DNA of 64,000 nucleotides, from assembly GCA_963842525.1 (NCBI GenBank), contig CAWJGT010000023.1:64001-128000 (forward strand), in the 5' to 3' direction. The notes beneath the pieces are model-generated. The model was given only the letters and a program-made list of their open reading frames with translations. It was not told where the DNA came from and ran no database searches. Within the stretch, counting starts at the first letter, position 1; each line of letters begins with the position of its first letter. The translations under genes were made by a program, and so were the position numbers. This document shows, piece by piece, positions 24,863 to 33,790 of this stretch. The stretch is from an uncultured Holophagales bacterium (GTDB lineage Bacteria; Acidobacteriota; Thermoanaerobaculia; Multivoradales; UBA5704).

Positions 24863-25525
24863 TCAGAATCCGGGATCGTCGAAATAATCGCCCAGCTTGG
24901 CCTTCAAGGCCTGCCGGGCCTGGAACAGATGCGCCTTCACGGTGTCGATCGAGACCTTCATCAGCTCCGCGATCTCTCGGTATTTGAGGTCCTGGTCCAG
25001 ACGCAGGAGGACGCAGCGGCGCATCTGGGTCGGCAGGTCGTCCAGGGCGCCGTAGAGCAGCCTCGCTCTCTCCTCCGCCAGCACGCCTTCGAGCGGCCCA
25101 CGTCCTCCGGCCTCCAGCAACGTCGTACGGTCCCCTTCCTCCGGTGAGCCTCCCAGGGCCTCGTCCAGCAACACCATCTCGGCATCACGCTTCTGGGTCG
25201 ACTGGCTGCGCAGGGTGTTGCGGTAGACGTTCGCGGCGATCTGCCATAGCCAGGTCTCGAAACGCGCCGCACCCCTGAAATTCGCCAGGCTCCTGTACAC
25301 CCGCAGGAAGGTCTCCTGGACGAGGTCCTGGCACTCCTCGGTCGAGAACCCCCTTTTGGCGAAGAACGAGAAGACCAGGCGCGAGTACCGGCAGAAGATC
25401 AGGTGGAAGCTCTCCTCCATCTCCACGCCCGCCTGCCACCTCTCGATCCATTCGTTGACGGGCCTCCCCCTCTCCGAGCCGGAGGGTGGACGGTCCGAGC
25501 CAAACGAGGTTGGGTGTAAAGCCAT
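24863..25525 (-). CDS. ECF-family RNA polymerase sigma factor
   Basis: Region 2: CQDLVQETFLRVY..FRGAARFETWLWQIAANVYRN. Region 4: ALDDLPTQMRRCVLLR..YREIAELMKVSIDTVKAHLFQARQAL. The true start may be a little downstream. Confidence 0.93.
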   Translation of the reverse strand: MALHPTSFGSDRPPSGSERGRPVNEWIERWQAGVEMEESFHLIFCRYSRLVFSFFAKRGFSTEECQDLVQETFLRVYRSLANFRGAARFETWLWQIAANVYRNTLRSQSTQKRDAEMVLLDEALGGSPEEGDRTTLLEAGGRGPLEGVLAEERARLLYGALDDLPTQMRRCVLLRLDQDLKYREIAELMKVSIDTVKAHLFQARQALKAKLGDYFDDPGF

Positions 25526-25600
25526 GCGCCTTCCCCAAGGGTCCCGCGATCACGGAGATCAAGACCTTGTTGAACCCCTATCGTAGCCCACATCAGGGGT

Positions 25601-25635
25601 AAACAGAAACGGCCGGCGAGGACGCCGGCCGTTTC
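25601..25635 (-). terminator. Rho-independent terminator after yceI
   Basis: 13-bp stem GAAACGGCCGGCG-agga-CGCCGGCCGTTTC, followed by TGTTT on the minus strand. Confidence 0.7.
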
Positions 25636-25655
25636 CTGGGCGCAGAAAGCGGGCT

Positions 25656-26260
25656 CTACTTGGCGGGAGCCGCGGCTTGGAGGTTCGAACTCGATCGAGA
25701 TGTTGACCTTGACGTCGTCGCCCAGCACGGGACCGGCATCGAGCACGCGGTTCCAGACCACCCCGTAGTCCTTGCGGTTGACCGTAAAGCTCGTCTCGAA
25801 GCCGGCCTTCACGCCGTTCGGGGTCTTGAACGTCCCCAGGACATCCACTGGAATGGTGACCTGCTTGGTCACCCCGTGCATGGTCAGGTCGCCCGTGACG
25901 TCCAGGGTGTCGGCGTCCTTGGCCTTCACCTCGGTGCTGGTGAAGGTGAGGCTCGGGAACTTCTGGACGTCGAAAAAGTCGGCGCCGCGCAGGTGGTTGT
26001 CGCGGTCGGCGTTGCCGGTGTCGATGGACGCCGCGGGGACGGTGAACTCGACGCTGGACGCCGCCGGGTTCTGCTTGTCGTACTTGATCGTCCCGTTCGA
26101 ACTCCTTGAAGCGGCCGGGAACGTTCGAGACGAAGTGCCGGATGCTGAAGCTGACGGCGCTGTGGTCGGGGTCGACCTTGTAGACCACGGCTTCGGCCGA
26201 AGCCAGGGCGGGCGCCAGCAGCGCCAGCGCGAGAGCCAGGGTGAGTGACTTGCGATTCAC
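25656..26260 (-). CDS. yceI: YceI-family periplasmic lipid/polyisoprenoid-binding protein, two apparent frameshifts (about 26097 and 25687)
   Basis: GTG 26260 with AGGAGG RBS. Signal peptide, YKVDPDHSAVSFSIRHF..VPGRF; the shifted frame gives SIDTGNADRDNHLRGADFFDV, VTGDLTMHGVTK, VNRKDYGV; a second shift gives ..SNLQAAAPAK-stop. Confidence 0.85.
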
Positions 26261-26366
26261 GATCTCTGTCCTCCTTCGAGAGGTCTGCAACAGGGCAGCA
26301 GCTCGGGCGCCCTACTCTACACCAACTCGGCGCCCCCGCGCTGTAAGGGATTCGTAAAAGCGAACG

Positions 26367-27380
26367 TCAACCCCACTCGAAGACCACGCCCATGACCTCC
26401 TCGCGCCTTTCGGCGAGGAGGCCATAGGCGTCGGCGGCGCGGTCGTAGGGGAAGCGGTGGCTGACCAGCTCGCGGACGGACAGGTGGCCTGCGGCAATGT
26501 GGGCGAGGAAGAGCTCGCCGTGGCGGCGGCCGGTCCAGGGGGTGTTCGGGGTCTCGACGGGCGGATGAGAAAAGCCGTGCGCTCCGACGATGGTGAGGCT
26601 GCGGCGGTTGCAGAGGTCGTGGAAGTCGAAGAGGGTCGCGTCCCGCGGGCTGCTCAGGAGGAGGAGGCGGCCCTGGTCGCGCAGGAGGACGGGCTCTTGC
26701 GGGATCACCTGGGGATTGCCGGTCAGCTCGACGACGACATCGAGAGCACGCCCGGCGTTGAGGCGGCGGACCGTTGCTTCGAGGTCTCCCTGGCCGTCCA
26801 GGGCGTGGAAGAGCGGCCCTTGCGGCATCAGGCCCCGGCGGAAGTCCGAGGGCTCGATGCCGAAGACGGGGCCGGCGCCGGCCAGGGCGCAGAGCCGGAC
26901 CGCGAGCTGGCCGAGGAGGCCGAGGCCGAAGACGGCGACGCTCTCGCCCCAGGTGAGGCCCACGCGGCGCAGTCCGTTCATCGCCACCTCGGCCAGGCTG
27001 CTGAAGGTGGCCTCTTCGTCGGAGACCTCGCCGGGCACGGCGCGCAGCTTGTCGGCCGGGCAGGTCACCCAGAGGGCATGGCGGGTATGGGTCTCGACCC
27101 GCTTCCCCGCCCAGGTGGGATCGACGCCCTCCCCCGCCTCGACCACATCGCCCACGTTGCTATAGCCAATCTGCTGCGGATAGCGGCTGAGGCCGGCCCA
27201 GACCGAGCTGTCGCGCGCCTGGCCGGAGAGGAGCGTCAGCTCGGTCCCGGTGCTGATGAGTGAGCGGCGGGTGCGGATCAGGACCTCCCCGGCCACCGGC
27301 TGTGGCACGGGCCGGTCCAGGATCTCGACCTGGCCGGGTGCGGTGAAGAAGATGGACGGATTGCTCATGAGATGGCTCAT
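26367..27380 (-). CDS. Zinc-binding alcohol dehydrogenase-family (MDR) oxidoreductase
   Basis: SLISTGTE, GYSNVGDV, VAVFGLGLLGQL (Rossmann), VVVELTGNP. Confidence 0.88.
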   Translation of the reverse strand: MSHLMSNPSIFFTAPGQVEILDRPVPQPVAGEVLIRTRRSLISTGTELTLLSGQARDSSVWAGLSRYPQQIGYSNVGDVVEAGEGVDPTWAGKRVETHTRHALWVTCPADKLRAVPGEVSDEEATFSSLAEVAMNGLRRVGLTWGESVAVFGLGLLGQLAVRLCALAGAGPVFGIEPSDFRRGLMPQGPLFHALDGQGDLEATVRRLNAGRALDVVVELTGNPQVIPQEPVLLRDQGRLLLLSSPRDATLFDFHDLCNRRSLTIVGAHGFSHPPVETPNTPWTGRRHGELFLAHIAAGHLSVRELVSHRFPYDRAADAYGLLAERREEVMGVVFEWG

Positions 27381-28450
27381 GAGGCTTTCGGCTCGATGAC
27401 CACTTTGATGGCGCCCGAGCTTTGTTTGTCGTCCGCGGCGGCGAACGCTTCGCCGATGCGCTCCAGGGGGAAGCGGTGGGTGACGAGAGGCTCGGCGTCG
27501 ACCCGCCCCGCGGCCATCAGGTCGAGGGCCGTCCGGTATTCGCGCTCGCCGCGCCAGGACGAATAGCCGTTGGACCAGCGGAGGGTGATCTCCTTCTCGT
27601 TGGCCTCGCGATAGCCGAGGGCCACGTCGCCGACGAAGGCGCCGAGGACGACGACGACGCCTCCGCGTCCAGCGGCCTCCGCCGCCTGGCGTACGGTGTC
27701 GCCGCTGCCGCCCACGGTCTCGAAGACCACGTCGGCCCCCTCGCCGCGGGTGAGATCGCGCACGGCCTCGCCGAGGTCTTCGACCCGGCTGAGGTCCAAA
27801 GCGAGATCGGCCGCACCCACCTCCCGCGCCCGCGCCAGCGGCTCCTCCCGGCGGCCTACCAGGATCGTGTTCCGGGCGCCCAGGGCGCGGGCCACCTGCC
27901 CCAGGGCCAGGCCGACGGGGCCGGTGCCGAGGACGACCACGGCGTTGGCGTCCGCCACGGGCGTGCGGTGGACGGCGTGCACGGCACAGGCGTAGACGTC
28001 GATCATCGAGGCAACCCCGAAGGAGAGGATGTCGGGCAGGGGGAAGACGTTGCCGGCCAGGGCGAGATCCAGCTCCGAAAACCCGGCGCTGGTGCGCCGC
28101 CTTCCCTTGTGCAGGGGCTTCCGCGGACAGAGGTGATAGTCCCCGCAGCGGCAGAGACGGCAGGTGCCGCAGCCGGCGAGCTGGGTCGGCTCGATCCCCA
28201 CCCGCTGGCCCACCATAAGGCCTTCGACATCAGGGCCGAGCTCGACGACCCTACCAGCCAGCTCATGGCCCGTGCGGCGCGGGCCGGTACCGATCGAGCC
28301 CCAGGGGTCGTGCCCCCGGTAGCGGTGCAGGTCCGAGCCGCAGATGCCGGCGGCGCCCACTTCGACGAGGACCTGGCCGGGACCCGGCACGGGCACGGCC
28401 ATCTCCTCGATGCGGATGTCGCGCCCGCCGTAGAAGACGGCTGTTTTCAT
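27377..28450 (-). CDS. Zn-dependent alcohol/sorbitol dehydrogenase-like (MDR)
   Basis: Start MKTAVFYGG at 28450. GICGSDLH, GHELAG, CGTCRLCRCGDYHLC (structural Zn), VLGTGPVGL. Confidence 0.92.
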   Translation of the reverse strand: MKTAVFYGGRDIRIEEMAVPVPGPGQVLVEVGAAGICGSDLHRYRGHDPWGSIGTGPRRTGHELAGRVVELGPDVEGLMVGQRVGIEPTQLAGCGTCRLCRCGDYHLCPRKPLHKGRRRTSAGFSELDLALAGNVFPLPDILSFGVASMIDVYACAVHAVHRTPVADANAVVVLGTGPVGLALGQVARALGARNTILVGRREEPLARAREVGAADLALDLSRVEDLGEAVRDLTRGEGADVVFETVGGSGDTVRQAAEAAGRGGVVVVLGAFVGDVALGYREANEKEITLRWSNGYSSWRGEREYRTALDLMAAGRVDAEPLVTHRFPLERIGEAFAAADDKQSSGAIKVVIEPKAS

Positions 28451-28554
28451 GGTGGATTTCCGCACCGGATCGATCCTCTTCGCGGCTGGCGAGTATAGCG
28501 TGGTGTGCATTCCCGAAAGAGCCCGGAGATGGTAGATTCCACGGGAGGACGACC

Positions 28555-30123
28555 TTGGCAGACCCGCAGCACGACGGACCCGAGCTCTGTACGCGGCGCC
28601 AGCTCCTGAAGGGCGCGGCGGGGCTGGGCGGCGTGCTGCTCCTCTCCGGCCTGCGGGCGCCCGTCTGGGCCGCGGCGGCGACGGCGGAGGCTGCCGCCGG
28701 GCTCGCCGAAGCGGATCTCTTCCAATTCCCGGCGACGGCCTTTGCCGAGCCCCAGGTGCGGCGCTCGGTCGAGGGGCAGCTCAAGACGCAGCTCCGCGTG
28801 GCCTACGCCCAGCACAGGATCGGCAACGATCCGGTCCGCCTGCGCTCCTATGAGGGCGCCCTGACCGGCCCGACGCTCCGCTTTCGGCCCGGGGACGTGG
28901 TGAAGGTCGATCTTCTGAATCAGCTCCCGGCCGAGCCGCCCGTCCACCAGCATCGCAACGGGCCGCACAGCCTGAACACCACGAATCTGCATACCCACGG
29001 TCTGCACGTCTCGCCGGCGGGCAACAGCGACAACGTGCTGATCGAGGTGCCGCCCGGGCGCCGGATGCATTACCGCTTCGCGATCCCCAAGGACCACCCG
29101 CCGGGCGTTTTCTACTACCACGCCCACAAGCACGGCTCGACGGCGGTGCAGCTCGCCAACGGCATGGCCGGCGCGCTGATCGTCGAAGGGGACATCGACC
29201 GGGTGCCGGAGATCCGGGCGGCGCGCGAGCGCCTGCTCGTCCTGCAACAGTTCCCCTACAGCCGGAAGGGGACGGTCGAGTGGAAGGACATCGCCTTCGA
29301 CGACGTGCGCGCCCTGACCACGGTCAACGGCCGGCTGAAGCCGCGCCTCGAGCTGCGGCCGGGCGAGGTGCAGCGCTGGCGCTTCGTCCACGGCGGAGCC
29401 AAGGAGGCGCTGAGCCTCTCCCTGGTGGACGTCCGCAACGCCGCGCAGACCCTTCACCGGATCGCGGTGGACGGCATCACCACCGGCCGGCGCGAGGCCC
29501 TGACCGCGTTCGAGCTGGGGGCCGGCAACCGCACGGACGTCCTGGTCCAGGTCAAGACGCCGGGGACGTACTACCTGGTGAAACGGGAGGTGCGGCCCGC
29601 CGGACCCGGAGCGCGGAGCCGCGTCCAGATCGTGGCCGAGGTCCGGGTCGCCGGCGAGAAGCTCGCCATGGCCCTCCCCTCGGAGGCGTCTCTGAAACCC
29701 CTGGCCCCCTACCCCAGCCTCGCGAGCTTCGCCAAACCAGGGCGCCAGACGGCCGAGCTGTCGATCGACCGCGACAAATACATGGTCAACGGCCGGCCGT
29801 TCGATCCACGCAACGGCCCGCGCCGGCTCAAGCTGGGGGCTGTCGACGAGTGGACCGTCAAGGTGGGCCGGGGGACCAGCTTCCTGCACCCGTTCCACAT
29901 CCACGTCAACCCGTTCCAGGTGATCGCGATCAACGGCAAAAAGCTCGCCCACCCGGTCTGGCAGGACACCATCCTGGTGGGTGGCAAGGACAGCGGATAT
30001 CCCACCCAGGAAGTGGTGTTCCGCACGAAGTACCGCGACTTCCCTGGAAAATTCATGCTCCACTGCCACAACGCCGTCCACGAGGACATGGGCATGATGG
30101 AGCTGGTCGAGATCGTGCCATGA
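28555..30123 (+). CDS. Tat-exported multicopper oxidase
   Basis: RRQLLKG Tat motif. Cu sites NLHTHG, YHAHKHG, HPFHIHVN, HCHNAVHEDMGMM. Confidence 0.93.
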   Translation: MADPQHDGPELCTRRQLLKGAAGLGGVLLLSGLRAPVWAAAATAEAAAGLAEADLFQFPATAFAEPQVRRSVEGQLKTQLRVAYAQHRIGNDPVRLRSYEGALTGPTLRFRPGDVVKVDLLNQLPAEPPVHQHRNGPHSLNTTNLHTHGLHVSPAGNSDNVLIEVPPGRRMHYRFAIPKDHPPGVFYYHAHKHGSTAVQLANGMAGALIVEGDIDRVPEIRAARERLLVLQQFPYSRKGTVEWKDIAFDDVRALTTVNGRLKPRLELRPGEVQRWRFVHGGAKEALSLSLVDVRNAAQTLHRIAVDGITTGRREALTAFELGAGNRTDVLVQVKTPGTYYLVKREVRPAGPGARSRVQIVAEVRVAGEKLAMALPSEASLKPLAPYPSLASFAKPGRQTAELSIDRDKYMVNGRPFDPRNGPRRLKLGAVDEWTVKVGRGTSFLHPFHIHVNPFQVIAINGKKLAHPVWQDTILVGGKDSGYPTQEVVFRTKYRDFPGKFMLHCHNAVHEDMGMMELVEIVP

Positions 30124-31334
30124 CCCCTGAAAACGCCCCGGTCTTCGTCCTCTCCTGCGCCCGCACGGGCTCAACGCTGCTGCGGTTGGTGCTCGACACG
30201 CATCCGGACGTCTACGCCCCACCCGAGCTGAACCTCGGCCGCCTGGCGAGCGATCTCTATCTGGCCTGCTCCAGTTTGCAAGGCCGGAAGGTCGCGCTTC
30301 ACGCCGCGCGGCAGGACCCCGAGGTGCTGGCGCACGTGCGCGGCACGATCTCCGGCCTGCTGGACGCGGCCACGGCGCAAAGAGGAAAGAAGATCTGGTG
30401 CGAGAAGTCGCCCGGCAATCTCGAGCATCTCGACCTGGTCGCCGGGCTGTACCCGGAGGCGCGCTTCCTCTGCCTGCATCGCCACTTCGCGGACGTGGCC
30501 CACTCCTGCCTGGAGAACTGCCGCTACGGCTTCATGCCGGTCCTGGTGGACTACGTGCGGCAGAGCCCGCGCGACATCCTGGAGGCGATCGTCCGCTACT
30601 GGGCGGACGGCACCTCGGCGCTTCTCGACTTCGAGCGGCAGCGGCCGGAGCAGTGCTTCCGCATCCGGTACGAGGACCTGGTGGACGCGCCGGAGGCGAC
30701 CTCCGCGGCCCTGTTCTCCTTCCTCGGCCTGCCTTGGGACCCGGCCCTTCTCAGTGCGGTCTTCACCACCCGGCACGACGCCGGGATCGGCGACAGCAAC
30801 GTCCAGTTCGCGGGCCGCATCCGGCAGGACAGCGTGGGGGCAGGCCGCGACATCCCCTTTGCGTTGCGACCGGCTCTCCAGTCCCGGGTCCACGAGCTCC
30901 TGGGCCAGCTCGGTTATGACGCCCTGCCGCCCGCCAGGCCCGCCGCGTCCACACCGGCCGCGCAGGCCGCCGCGCCGCAGACTGCCGCCTCGCCCGACGG
31001 GCCGCGCTGGGTGTTCGAGACCCATCTGCCGGAGCGGCTGCGCAGCCGGCCGGAGAAGCTCTCCGCGATCGGCTCCTCCTACCGTTTCGTGGTGGGAGGA
31101 GACGGCGGCGGCGCCTGGGTGCTGGAGGTGCGCGATGGAGACTTTGTGGTCATTCCCGGCGGCGAGCAGGCCGCGACGACGATCGCGATCGACGCCGCCG
31201 ACCTGCTCGGCATCGTCCACGGCGAGCTCAACTTGCTGAAGGTCCTGCGGGAGGGGAAGATCCGCGCCTCGGGCGAGGTCCCCGGGACCGAGCAGCTCCA
31301 GGAGCTGGTCATGCTCCTGCGGACGGATCTCTAG
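30120..31334 (+). CDS. PAPS-dependent sulfotransferase with C-terminal SCP2 lipid-binding domain
   Basis: ATG 30120 (ATGA overlap). FVLSCARTGSTLL (5'-PSB loop), WCEKSPGN, IRYEDLV. The C-terminus YRFVVGGDGGGAWVL..IDAADLLGIVHGELN..GKIRASG is SCP2-like. Confidence 0.87.
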   Translation: MTPENAPVFVLSCARTGSTLLRLVLDTHPDVYAPPELNLGRLASDLYLACSSLQGRKVALHAARQDPEVLAHVRGTISGLLDAATAQRGKKIWCEKSPGNLEHLDLVAGLYPEARFLCLHRHFADVAHSCLENCRYGFMPVLVDYVRQSPRDILEAIVRYWADGTSALLDFERQRPEQCFRIRYEDLVDAPEATSAALFSFLGLPWDPALLSAVFTTRHDAGIGDSNVQFAGRIRQDSVGAGRDIPFALRPALQSRVHELLGQLGYDALPPARPAASTPAAQAAAPQTAASPDGPRWVFETHLPERLRSRPEKLSAIGSSYRFVVGGDGGGAWVLEVRDGDFVVIPGGEQAATTIAIDAADLLGIVHGELNLLKVLREGKIRASGEVPGTEQLQELVMLLRTDL

Positions 31335-31359
31335 CTAGTTCCAAGACTTACGGTCAGGA

Positions 31360-31632
31360 ATGGCCCTCGAAGCGCAGCGGATGGCCCCTGAGGGCCGGCC
31401 GATGGCCCTCAAGGGCGAGCAGATGGCCCTCAAGGGAGGCCGCGTTGCCCTCAAGGGCCGGCACGCCTCCCTCAGGGGCGAGCACGCTGCCCCTGGGGGC
31501 GAGCATGTTGCCCCTGAGGGCGAGCATGGTGCTCCTGAGGGCGAGCACGCTTCCCTCAAGGGCCAGCAGCGTGACCTCAAGGGCCGGCAGGGTGCCCCCA
31601 GGGGACAATGCGCCTCCCTCAGGGGCAGCTTG
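31360..31632. repeat. 13 tandem degenerate 21-bp repeats with palindromic core
   Basis: Units such as ATGGCCCTCAAGGGCGAGCAG, GTTGCCCCTGAGGGCGAGCAT and GCTTCCCTCAAGGGCCAGCAG. The period is exactly 21 bp with no spacers. Confidence 0.85.
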
Positions 31633-31783
31633 GCGACGGCTGAGGTCCCGAGCATGCCAGTGAGGGGCGGGCGGACGCCGGACAGATGTCTGCAGCCGGT
31701 CCGCCAGCGGTGCGAGCGACCGTGCCAGGGCCGTTTCCACGGAGTCATGGTTCTTTGACACCGCGCCGCTGCTAGCATGAGCC

Positions 31784-32764
31784 ATGTTCGTGCTCACCTA
31801 CCACAACGTCCTCGGCGAAGAGCCGGACGCCCTCGACTGGCCGTCGCTCCGCGTGGCGCAGCACGAGCTCGACCGGCAGATGGAGTTTCTCGCCCGCCAC
31901 TTCCACCCGCTGCCGCTGGCCGGGCTGCTGCGCCAGTTGGACGAAGGCACGCCGGATCCGCTGGGCGTCGCGGTGACGTTCGATGACGGCTTCCACGGCG
32001 TCCTCGCCCACGCCCTTCCGGTGCTCTCCCGCTGGGGGATTCCCGCCACCGTCTTCGTGGTGACCGGCTGCTGCGGCGCCCCCGCGGAGAGCGAGCTGCC
32101 GTGGTTTGCCTTCGTCGAAGCGGCGTTCCGGCTGACCCGCCGCACGGAGGTGGACCTCGGCTTCTGGGGTGATCCGCCCCAACCGGTCGCGGACCCTGCG
32201 AGCCGCAATCGCGCTCTGAAGCACGTCTCGGAGAAGCTGAAGCTCGCCTCCGAAGAAAACCGCCGGCGCTGGCACGACCAGGTGTTGGCGGCGCTGGAGG
32301 TGTCACCCGAGGAGATCCGCGCCTGGGCCGCGACCCAGGAGGAGAGGTTCCGCATGCTGACCTGGGAAGAGATCGGGCAGCTCCTGGACGCCGGCATCGA
32401 GATCGGGTCCCACACCCGTTTGCACCGGACCCTGAGCCGGCTGGCGCCGCGCGACCTGGAGGACGAGATCGCCGGCGCCCGCGACGACCTCCGCTCCCGG
32501 CTCGGTCTCGAGGAGATCGCCTTCGCCTATCCGTACGGCGGGGCGGAGCACGTCGGCACCGTGGCTCCCGAGGTGGCGCGCCGGGTCGGATACACCTGCG
32601 CCCTCTCCACGATCCCGGGCCGCAACACGCCGTCCACGGACCGCTTTCTGCTCCACCGGGTCGACGTGCGGGCGTTCGCGAGCCTTACGGCTGAGTCACC
32701 GCGGCAAGGCGGCGACAGTTTCGCGGAAAATGCCGAGCAGGCGGTCGACGACGTAGCCAGGTGA
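31784..32764 (+). CDS. Polysaccharide deacetylase (CE4/NodB-like)
   Basis: VLTYHNV, VAVTFDDGF, IPATVFV, EIGSHTRLH, FAYPYG. Confidence 0.9.
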   Translation: MFVLTYHNVLGEEPDALDWPSLRVAQHELDRQMEFLARHFHPLPLAGLLRQLDEGTPDPLGVAVTFDDGFHGVLAHALPVLSRWGIPATVFVVTGCCGAPAESELPWFAFVEAAFRLTRRTEVDLGFWGDPPQPVADPASRNRALKHVSEKLKLASEENRRRWHDQVLAALEVSPEEIRAWAATQEERFRMLTWEEIGQLLDAGIEIGSHTRLHRTLSRLAPRDLEDEIAGARDDLRSRLGLEEIAFAYPYGGAEHVGTVAPEVARRVGYTCALSTIPGRNTPSTDRFLLHRVDVRAFASLTAESPRQGGDSFAENAEQAVDDVAR

Positions 32765-33790
32765 AAACTCTTCGCGCTCGGCGTTCTCCCGCGCCCCCTG
32801 CGCGAAGCGCTCCCGCGCCCGCGGCTCCCGCATGCTCCGGATCGCCTCCGCCCAGGCCTGGGGATTGAGGTAGTCGGAGATCACCAAACCTCCGGTGCCG
32901 ACCATCTCCGGCAGCCCGCCGCGTTCGCTGACCAGTGCCGGAATCCCGCTCCACTGGGCTTCGAGGACCACCCGGCCGGCGGCCTCCTCCACGATGGAGG
33001 GGACGAGGAGGAGCCAGCCCTGCTGGTAGACCTGCCGGATGTCGGCGACCCGCGGCAGAAAGCGGACATTGGGCAGGCCTTCCAGGGCTGCACGGACGGC
33101 CGGGAGGTCGTCGTTGAGCGGCCAGCTCTCGACGAGCAGGAAGCGCTCCTCCGGAAGCAGGCGCGCGATGCCGAGAAAGGTTTCGAAACCCTTGAGCGGA
33201 TGCGGATTGATCATGAGGATGGAGCCGTCGGGACTGGGCTCGACCCGGTATTCCTCGGCCGGCACCAGGGGGTAGAGGACCTCCGGCAGGACCCCGGACC
33301 TCTCCTCCACCCAGCGCGCGATGTAGCGCGAGCAGGCGAGGAGCCGGCCGCCGGCAGCGGCCACCGCCTGGACCCCTTCCGATTTGAAGCGGACGTCCTG
33401 GACCAAGCAGACGGTCGGGACGCCGTGGGCCTGGCCCAGGCGCGCGATGGGCACTGGATCGGCGCTCGTGGTGAAGATCACCGACGGCGCGAAGCCCGCG
33501 AAGGCCGACTCCAGGGCCGGATCGATGGCGTCGACGATCCAGATGGGGTAGCCGCAGTCGAAATACCAGCGGTCTCCTTCGTCGCGGAACTCGCGGACGC
33601 CCAGCGTCGCGAAGTCGGCCCGCTTGGGGAAGTACTCGGGACGGGGCGTTCCGATGGCCGACCTGGGAACGATCGTCCGGCACTCGACCCCCCGCTCGAG
33701 GAGGAGCCGGAGCAGCGTATGGACGACGCGGTGCCCCCCGGCGAGGCCCAGGGGGTAGGCCGTGAAGGTGTCCGTGTAGAGGAGCCTCAC
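32696..33790 (-). CDS. Glycosyltransferase family 4 (GT-B)
   Basis: GTG 33790 overlaps the upstream stop. INPHPLKG, LLVPSIVEEAAGRVVLEAQWSGIPALVSERGGLPE (E-x7-E motif). Confidence 0.88.
   Translation of the reverse strand: MRLLYTDTFTAYPLGLAGGHRVVHTLLRLLLERGVECRTIVPRSAIGTPRPEYFPKRADFATLGVREFRDEGDRWYFDCGYPIWIVDAIDPALESAFAGFAPSVIFTTSADPVPIARLGQAHGVPTVCLVQDVRFKSEGVQAVAAAGGRLLACSRYIARWVEERSGVLPEVLYPLVPAEEYRVEPSPDGSILMINPHPLKGFETFLGIARLLPEERFLLVESWPLNDDLPAVRAALEGLPNVRFLPRVADIRQVYQQGWLLLVPSIVEEAAGRVVLEAQWSGIPALVSERGGLPEMVGTGGLVISDYLNPQAWAEAIRSMREPRARERFAQGARENAEREEFSPGYVVDRLLGIFRETVAALPR

Noticed and set aside
31360-31632. CRISPR array
   Set aside because: The units are contiguous 21-mers without unique spacers, and no cas genes are present.
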